A DNA stretch of 64,000 nucleotides from Candidatus Kapaibacterium sp. GTDB lineage: Bacteria > Bacteroidota > Ignavibacteria > Kapaibacteriales > UBA2268. Below are positions 58,903-64,000 of the stretch, piece after piece. The stretch lies in contig OY762428.1 in NCBI GenBank assembly GCA_963665665.1, forward strand, positions 2,816,001 to 2,880,000. Direction: 5' to 3'. Position numbers and translations under genes: made by a program. The notes beneath the pieces are model-generated. The model saw only the letters and a program-made list of their open reading frames with translations. It searched no databases and was not told the DNA's origin. How positions within the stretch are numbered: the stretch's first letter is position 1; the number at the start of each line of letters is the position of its first letter.

Positions 58903-59954
58903 TGAAGGATGTTAGTTCACAAGCAAACAAAGTAGCTGAAATACTCGACAAGTTTTATGAAAAATCTGTAAACGGATATTCTAAAATGAAATCGGCAAAG
59001 GATTTAGCTTCTTCCTATTCCGATAAGAAACTAACTCAAAATGCTGCTATTGATTCATTAATCAAATGGCAGGTATCAAAAACTGCAACATCAGGTTTTG
59101 TAACAAGTTTGGGCGGGTTTGCAACTATGCCGATAACCCTGCCAAGTAATATTGCTATTCTGCTTTTTCAGCAAATGCGTATGACGGCGGCTATCGCGCA
59201 TATCAGGGGATATGATATTAATGATCCGGGAACAAAAAGCCTTGTGTATTTAACTCTTACCGGAAATAAAATGAGCGGTATTGTAAATGACTTAGGCTTG
59301 GATATAGAGATAATAAAAAAATCAGCAATAAAAGCTACTAAAGATGTTGCTAAGAAAGTATTAACAGACGAAGTAATTGAGAAAATCACCAAATTGATAG
59401 CACGTAAAGTATCCGAAAGGATTGCCGTAAAAAGCTCGAAATACATTGTTAAACTGGTACCTGTAGCAGGTGGTATAGTCGGGGGTACTTTCGATAGTGT
59501 TCAAACTTTAGCAGTAGCAAAAAAAGCCAAAGAAGTATTCAGCCAGCCGGAAATTGATAACAGCGATAATACAGCTACTCGGGAATCATCCAAAGTTGAT
59601 GATGCTATTGATCTTGAAACAAATAAACTGAATATATATATTAATTTGATCAAAGCAGACGGAAGAATTGACAGAAAAGAGATGGAACTGTTTGATGATG
59701 CTATTCAAAACTCTTTACTGGATGATTCCTCGAAAGATTTACTTTATAAAAATATTATGAATGATTCCTTTATTCCTGTCAATTATGAATTTATTAAGAA
59801 GCATCCCGCTTCAATACCAGGTATATTATATGATCTTCTTGATTTGGCAAAAGTTGACGGAACTATTCACGACAAAGAAATAGAATACATCCGCGAAGTA
59901 GCCCATAAATTAGATGTTGGCGATGCTTTCATTAATGATTTGTTGGATATTTAA
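58902..59954 (+). CDS. EcsC-family protein with C-terminal TerB-like domain
   Basis: SGFVTSLGGFATMPITLP, IAHIRGYD, KLVPVAGGIVGG; ADGRIDRKE and VDGTIHDKEIEYIREVA. Confidence 0.8.
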   Translation: MKDVSSQANKVAEILDKFYEKSVNGYSKMKSAKDLASSYSDKKLTQNAAIDSLIKWQVSKTATSGFVTSLGGFATMPITLPSNIAILLFQQMRMTAAIAHIRGYDINDPGTKSLVYLTLTGNKMSGIVNDLGLDIEIIKKSAIKATKDVAKKVLTDEVIEKITKLIARKVSERIAVKSSKYIVKLVPVAGGIVGGTFDSVQTLAVAKKAKEVFSQPEIDNSDNTATRESSKVDDAIDLETNKLNIYINLIKADGRIDRKEMELFDDAIQNSLLDDSSKDLLYKNIMNDSFIPVNYEFIKKHPASIPGILYDLLDLAKVDGTIHDKEIEYIREVAHKLDVGDAFINDLLDI

Positions 59955-59968
59955 ATTGTAAATTAACC

Positions 59969-60000
59969 TGCCCCTGCCGGAACAAATCTCCGGCAGGGGT
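59969..60000 (+). terminator. Terminator-like hairpin
   Basis: cccctgccgga-acaaatc-tccggcagggg downstream of EcsC-TerB; weak U-tract. Confidence 0.6.
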
Positions 60001-60281
60001 AAATTATGGAATAGGTTATTAATTATTAGATTTCGACGCAATCTAAAATGTTTTTGAAAATTTGCTGCCAAAAAAAATCAAATTCTAAATTGTAATTGCC
60101 TGAGCTTTGAAAATCGAGTTTAAGGATATTACAAATAAAAAAAAATTGGGCTGCAAGAGAATTTTTAATTAGATTGAATTTTAGCTGCCGGGGCTGAGAG
60201 CTTTTACACGAAACTACCAGTGAATATGAGCGAATTTAACAAACCGGATAATAAAATTCCAACATTAATTTTGGATTGTAA

Positions 60282-60812
60282 ATGAGTAAAGATATTGAAA
60301 AACTATCAAATGATTTTGTAAGTGAAGTTAGAAATATTATCGGGAATGCACGTATTTCTGCTGTTCGGAGTGTTGAATTTCACCGGGTTGAAATGTACTG
60401 GAAACTTGGTGAACGTATTTTTAATGAAGAACAGAAAGGTAAAGAAAGAGCTGATTATGGCTCTTATTTAATAAAAAATCTTTCTAAAGAACTTGTTCCT
60501 GAATTCGGAAGTGGTTTTTCAATCCGACAATTACACTGGTGTCGTCAATTGTACAGAGAATATCCAAAAGTGTACGCACTGCGTACACAATTAAATTGGA
60601 CTCAGTACCGTATTCTTATATCCATTAATGACAAGGATAAAAGAGAATATTACGAGTTAGAAGCTGTTAAGAACGCATGGACAGCAAGAGAATTAGAAAG
60701 GCAGGTAAACTCCGGATTATACGAGCGATTGCTATTAAGTAATGATAAAAAATCCGTACTTGATGTTGCACGAAATATTAGAATTCCAGAATCTGCTCTT
60801 GAGATTGTATAG
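60282..60812 (+). pseudogene. Truncated YhcG/DUF1016 (N-terminal domain only)
   Basis: YWKLGERI, RADYG, GSGFS, LNWTQY, WTARELERQVNSGLYERLLLS; stops before the usual IKDP/nuclease half. Confidence 0.75.
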
Positions 60813-61219
60813 CCTCAGATGAATATAAACAAAACGGCATAAATATCTTATTTTAGTAAAAATTATTTTTCCCTATTCAAGTCATTCAATGGCAAATGTT
60901 GGCTTCAGGTGTATTGGGTTAGCTATTCATACAAGTTGTTTCTGATGAAGGCGTATAATTTTATTTCTCCCTCACTCGTCCCTTACGCGTCTAACAGCAT
61001 CAAATGCCCGTTTTCGGGCTGCGCCAATACATTTCTGGAGCTGGTGCGGTGTAATCTTCATTACTTCCTCGGGCAGGAGTCCTTTTTTCGGGGAACTGAT
61101 GATGAAAGTCCTCCTGCCTGTGTGGGAACTGATGTTTTTGTTAAGGATGATAAAACTATCAACGAGCGCTTACTGAAAAATTTGCTTCTCATATATGGCC
61201 TGTCAGTATCATTAACACA

Positions 61220-62140
61220 TTAAGCGACTTTTTCAAAAACAATTCTGTAATGCTCGAATATCTCCTTCTCAAAGAGCATTTTATTCCCGTCGATTTTCGT
61301 GAGTTGGTACCATTCCCTGAATGCGCTGTTAGTAAATAATCTCGGCAACAAGGAGATATATAGAAGAAGCTTTCTTGCCGACAATTTCCCAAATGCAGCG
61401 GTCCACCTGTTAATTGTTTCGATATAGTCCAACCTGCCACTCTCTACCGAGATCAGCTTGAAATGTTTCCCGGCCGGATCTATGAGACCTTCTTTTCCGT
61501 ATGGCAACCACGACCCCGGGAATTTACGGCAAATGATGTCCATGAGTTCCTCGTCACTGAACTCCGTTTTAGTCAGGTCAGTTTTCCCAAATGGGATGTT
61601 CTCGAATTCGACCATATTGGGGCCGAACACCATCGACTGACAGTAGAATCGACCGCCCACGGGCAGTAGACTTGCAACCTGATCAAAATATTTTCTGTAG
61701 ATATCTTCCTGTTGTCCGGCCTTGTACTGCTCCACTGAGCATAAGTGTTCCGGGCTTCCCATGGCGGTTACAGCGTCGAAGGTGCCAAAAGTGTCCGGAC
61801 GGATATCTTTTGAATCCATGTGTTTCACATTCAAACCATTTTTAATACAAGCGTCTGCCTGGCCCTTTGCCAATACAACACCGTATGGCTTGGCGCCAAT
61901 GCTGTTCAAGTAGTTCAAAAAGGCACCCCAACCGCAGCCCATGTCTAAAACCTTGCTCCCTTTGTTGATTTTGCAGCTTTCAACAATATAGCGGTGCTTT
62001 CTATCCTGAGCTTCTTCAATTGTCATCGAAAAATCGCCATCGAACTTCGCTCCGCTGTAAGCTCCCTTTTCACCAAGGCTTAAGCGAAAAATCTTGTCCA
62101 TTATTGTGTAGTGGGCATCTAAATCTTTTTGGTTTGCCAT
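61220..62140 (-). CDS. Cyclopropane-fatty-acid-synthase-like class I SAM methyltransferase
   Basis: YSGAKF, EEAQDRKH, VLDMGCGWG, GSPEH, FPGSWLP and DYIET motifs. Confidence 0.8.
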   Translation of the reverse strand: MANQKDLDAHYTIMDKIFRLSLGEKGAYSGAKFDGDFSMTIEEAQDRKHRYIVESCKINKGSKVLDMGCGWGAFLNYLNSIGAKPYGVVLAKGQADACIKNGLNVKHMDSKDIRPDTFGTFDAVTAMGSPEHLCSVEQYKAGQQEDIYRKYFDQVASLLPVGGRFYCQSMVFGPNMVEFENIPFGKTDLTKTEFSDEELMDIICRKFPGSWLPYGKEGLIDPAGKHFKLISVESGRLDYIETINRWTAAFGKLSARKLLLYISLLPRLFTNSAFREWYQLTKIDGNKMLFEKEIFEHYRIVFEKVA

Positions 62141-62452
62141 GATATTCTCTCCCTAAAAAAATATGAGCATTATCGTAATTCTATAATTTTTTAAATTTAT
62201 ATTTTGCTGAGAACAATTCCCTGAATAGTATATCTATTTATAAAGATAGATGGTTTTTATAAAATATGCAACAATTTTTTTTGTAAATATTTACACTTCT
62301 CTACTATTTAGATATCACTAAAAACTGATCAATATGCAACATACAATAGTGCAACGTGACGGCGAAAGCCTCAATTACCATTGTTGTTTAATGGTTTATC
62401 AGCCGTTGAGACTTTAAATATTTTGTTTTCTGAATCTGTGTAAGTCTGGTTT

Positions 62453-63034
62453 TTAATCAAACTTTCTTCGAAGTTCAATTGCTTCGGATAGCATTCCCAG
62501 ATATAATCCCTTGGGAATTTCCACTGCTCCAAGGTTTTCTGTGTGGCGGTTCAGGTATTGGGAATCTAGGAGAACAAAACGTCTTGATTTTAGCCTTTCG
62601 ATAAGAAAATAGAAAGCTGCTTTTGATGAATCCGTTGTTTTCATGAACATAGACTCTCCGAAAAATGCTCCTCCGATTGCCACACCGTATAATCCGCCAA
62701 CAAGCTTTCCGTTACTTCTGGTTTCAACCGAATGGGCGTAACCCTGTTTATGAAGATCGCGGTAAAGTTCAATAACGTTCTCTGAAATCCAGGTATCCTC
62801 ACGGTCGGAGCAGGCTTCGATAACTTTAGTAAAATCATTGTTCACTGTAAAGGTGAAATTATTCTTCCGGATAGATTGACGTAAGGAACGAGGTATTTTT
62901 AGGGCAGTGAACGGGAATATAGCTCTCGGGTCGGGGCTATGCCAATATATGTCCCCATCCTTTGATTCTGCCATTGGAAAGAATCCGATTTTGTATGCGT
63001 ATATCAGTTCGTCAATTGTTATTGTGTCGTTCAA
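62453..63034 (-). CDS. aat: Leucyl/phenylalanyl-tRNA--protein transferase
   Basis: AYKIGFFPM, WHSPDPRA, AHSVE and LVGGLYGVAIGGAFFGESMF motifs. Confidence 0.93.
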   Translation of the reverse strand: MNDTITIDELIYAYKIGFFPMAESKDGDIYWHSPDPRAIFPFTALKIPRSLRQSIRKNNFTFTVNNDFTKVIEACSDREDTWISENVIELYRDLHKQGYAHSVETRSNGKLVGGLYGVAIGGAFFGESMFMKTTDSSKAAFYFLIERLKSRRFVLLDSQYLNRHTENLGAVEIPKGLYLGMLSEAIELRRKFD

Positions 63035-63139
63035 TTTGCCTGTCTATATTGTTTATTCACCTATGAAAGATAACAATCTTTTTAATTATTAAAATTTTTT
63101 TTTTCATATTTTTCAATACCAGCTTTTCAACTTCATCTG

Positions 63140-63760
63140 CTATTCCATATTTTTCAGGGCTTCAGGGTATTCTTTAAATAAATCCTGCATCTCTTCCTGC
63201 GATTTGAAATAAAACTCAGGGCTCCCGAGCTTCAAATCTGTTATATCGATACTGGCAGATTTAATTTTACGATTTTGGCGGGCCAGCATCATTACATTAT
63301 GTGCAATGGCGTCTTCTTTATTAATGTAAAATGATTCATTAGCAGCAACAAGGCTTATATCAAAATCCCCGGCCAGTTTGATTATCGATTCTTTTAGCTG
63401 TTTGTTAAAAGACAGCTTATGATCCTGAATAGAAAGATAAAAATCTTCTCCGAACAGTAGTTTATAGTAGCGGGCTTCCTCGCCGGCCTGGCTGAAATTA
63501 TCATTTAGCAGGTGATAATTGATAACGCTGTCATATCCTCCGGAAAAAGCAATGATGCCATCGTGATATTTTAACAGATCATCCTTTGTAACTGTTGACT
63601 TGTAATTGTTTCCCCCTCCTTTGCCCACAGAAGCAATTTTGATAAGATTTTTATAACCTGTCTTGTCTTTTGCCAGGAGTACAAGTTTTAACGCTTCGCA
63701 CTCTTTGTTTTCATTCTCCTGAGTATAAACATAAGTCTCGATGCCGATTATTGGTTTAAG
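63140..63760 (-). pseudogene. 5'-truncated, degenerate DnaE-type PHP domain
   Basis: KPIIGIETY, LVLLAKDKTGYKNL, FGEDFYL, FYFKSQEEM. N-terminal HxH absent; ends at EALKNME with no polymerase core. Confidence 0.65.
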
Positions 63761-64000
63761 TGGCAATAAATTAGGTATAATACCGGAATGGATTCGTGAA
63801 ATGACTTTCTTATATGGACTTGATCTGTCTGATAATCATATTGAGATAATCCCCGATTGCCTGAGTTATTGTGAAAATTTGGAATCGTTGTTTTTATCCA
63901 ATAATAAAATTGTTACGATACCGGACTGGATTGGTGACTTCGAAAATTTGGAATCGTTATGGTTGTCGAACAACAAAATTGAGAAACTGCCTCCTTCATT
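63741..64000 (+). CDS. Leucine-rich-repeat protein fragment (runs off the window)
   Basis: Manual translation LSGNKLGIIPEWIREMTFLYGLDLSDNHIEIIPDCLSYCENLESLFLSNNKIVTIPDWIGDFENLESLWLSNNKIEKLPPS gives 23-aa LRRs. Confidence 0.8.
   Translation, partial: MPIIGLSGNKLGIIPEWIREMTFLYGLDLSDNHIEIIPDCLSYCENLESLFLSNNKIVTIPDWIGDFENLESLWLSNNKIEKLPPS

Larger units (their letters stand above)
32050..60850. mobile_element. tRNA-Glu-anchored defence/stress genomic island (right border approximate, may extend to about 62.2 kb)
   Basis: Begins at the tRNA 3' end. Mosaic base composition; WYL, nuclease, helicase and ATPase cargo; truncated YhcG near the right end. No integrase or attR seen. Confidence 0.6.

Noticed and set aside
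60909-61223. 104-aa ORF or attC-like cassette site
   Set aside because: No recognisable protein features and no convincing paired R/L boxes.
32030-62400. attR duplicate of the tRNA-Glu 3' end or an integrase gene
   Set aside because: No second ttcgaatcccctcagggtc copy and no recombinase ORF found by eye; a short degenerate att could have been missed.
996-62838. Numerous short antisense or alternate-frame ORFs in the track (e.g. 2153-2608, 38454-39071, 40799-41365, 45345-45944)
   Set aside because: Shadows of well-supported genes, with no recognisable motifs.
63140-63766. Functional dnaE gene
   Set aside because: Only a truncated, ligand-degenerate PHP domain; no polymerase domains follow.

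Overview
AT-rich bacterial window, most likely from the FCB group (Ignavibacteria/Kapabacteria/Bacteroidota-like). This assignment is inferred from four large proteins with T9SS-type C-terminal domains and from TAnnTTTG-type -10 boxes. Bases 1-32 kb are mostly housekeeping and envelope genes (TolC/MacAB-like efflux, gmhA, engB, SDR, LCP, sixA, cutA, transaldolase, coaE). They are interspersed with secreted proteins, a RelE-type TA pair, an Rpn nuclease, many REP/MITE-like palindromes and a candidate structured RNA. From tRNA-Glu (31978-32049) to about 61-62 kb lies a mosaic, integrase-less defence/stress island. It holds three paralogous WYL regulators, a soluble AAA+-M41 protease/nuclease/RNase J-like operon, several PD-(D/E)XK nucleases, a TPR/putative pore-forming protein, a UvrD-nuclease fusion and an EcsC-TerB module. 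It also holds a tightly coupled low-GC NurA-HerA-GHKL ATPase-radical SAM operon, the strongest candidate for an undescribed system. Five island promoters share a palindrome (G[A/T]CA-N5-TG[A/T][C/T]) at a fixed 8-9 nt upstream of a TATATT-type -10 box, a candidate WYL regulon readable directly from the sequence. Two bipartite 21-bp tandem arrays and a back-to-back PHP/LRR chimeric junction at the right edge also merit follow-up. All protein-family calls come from motif recognition by eye, not database searches.
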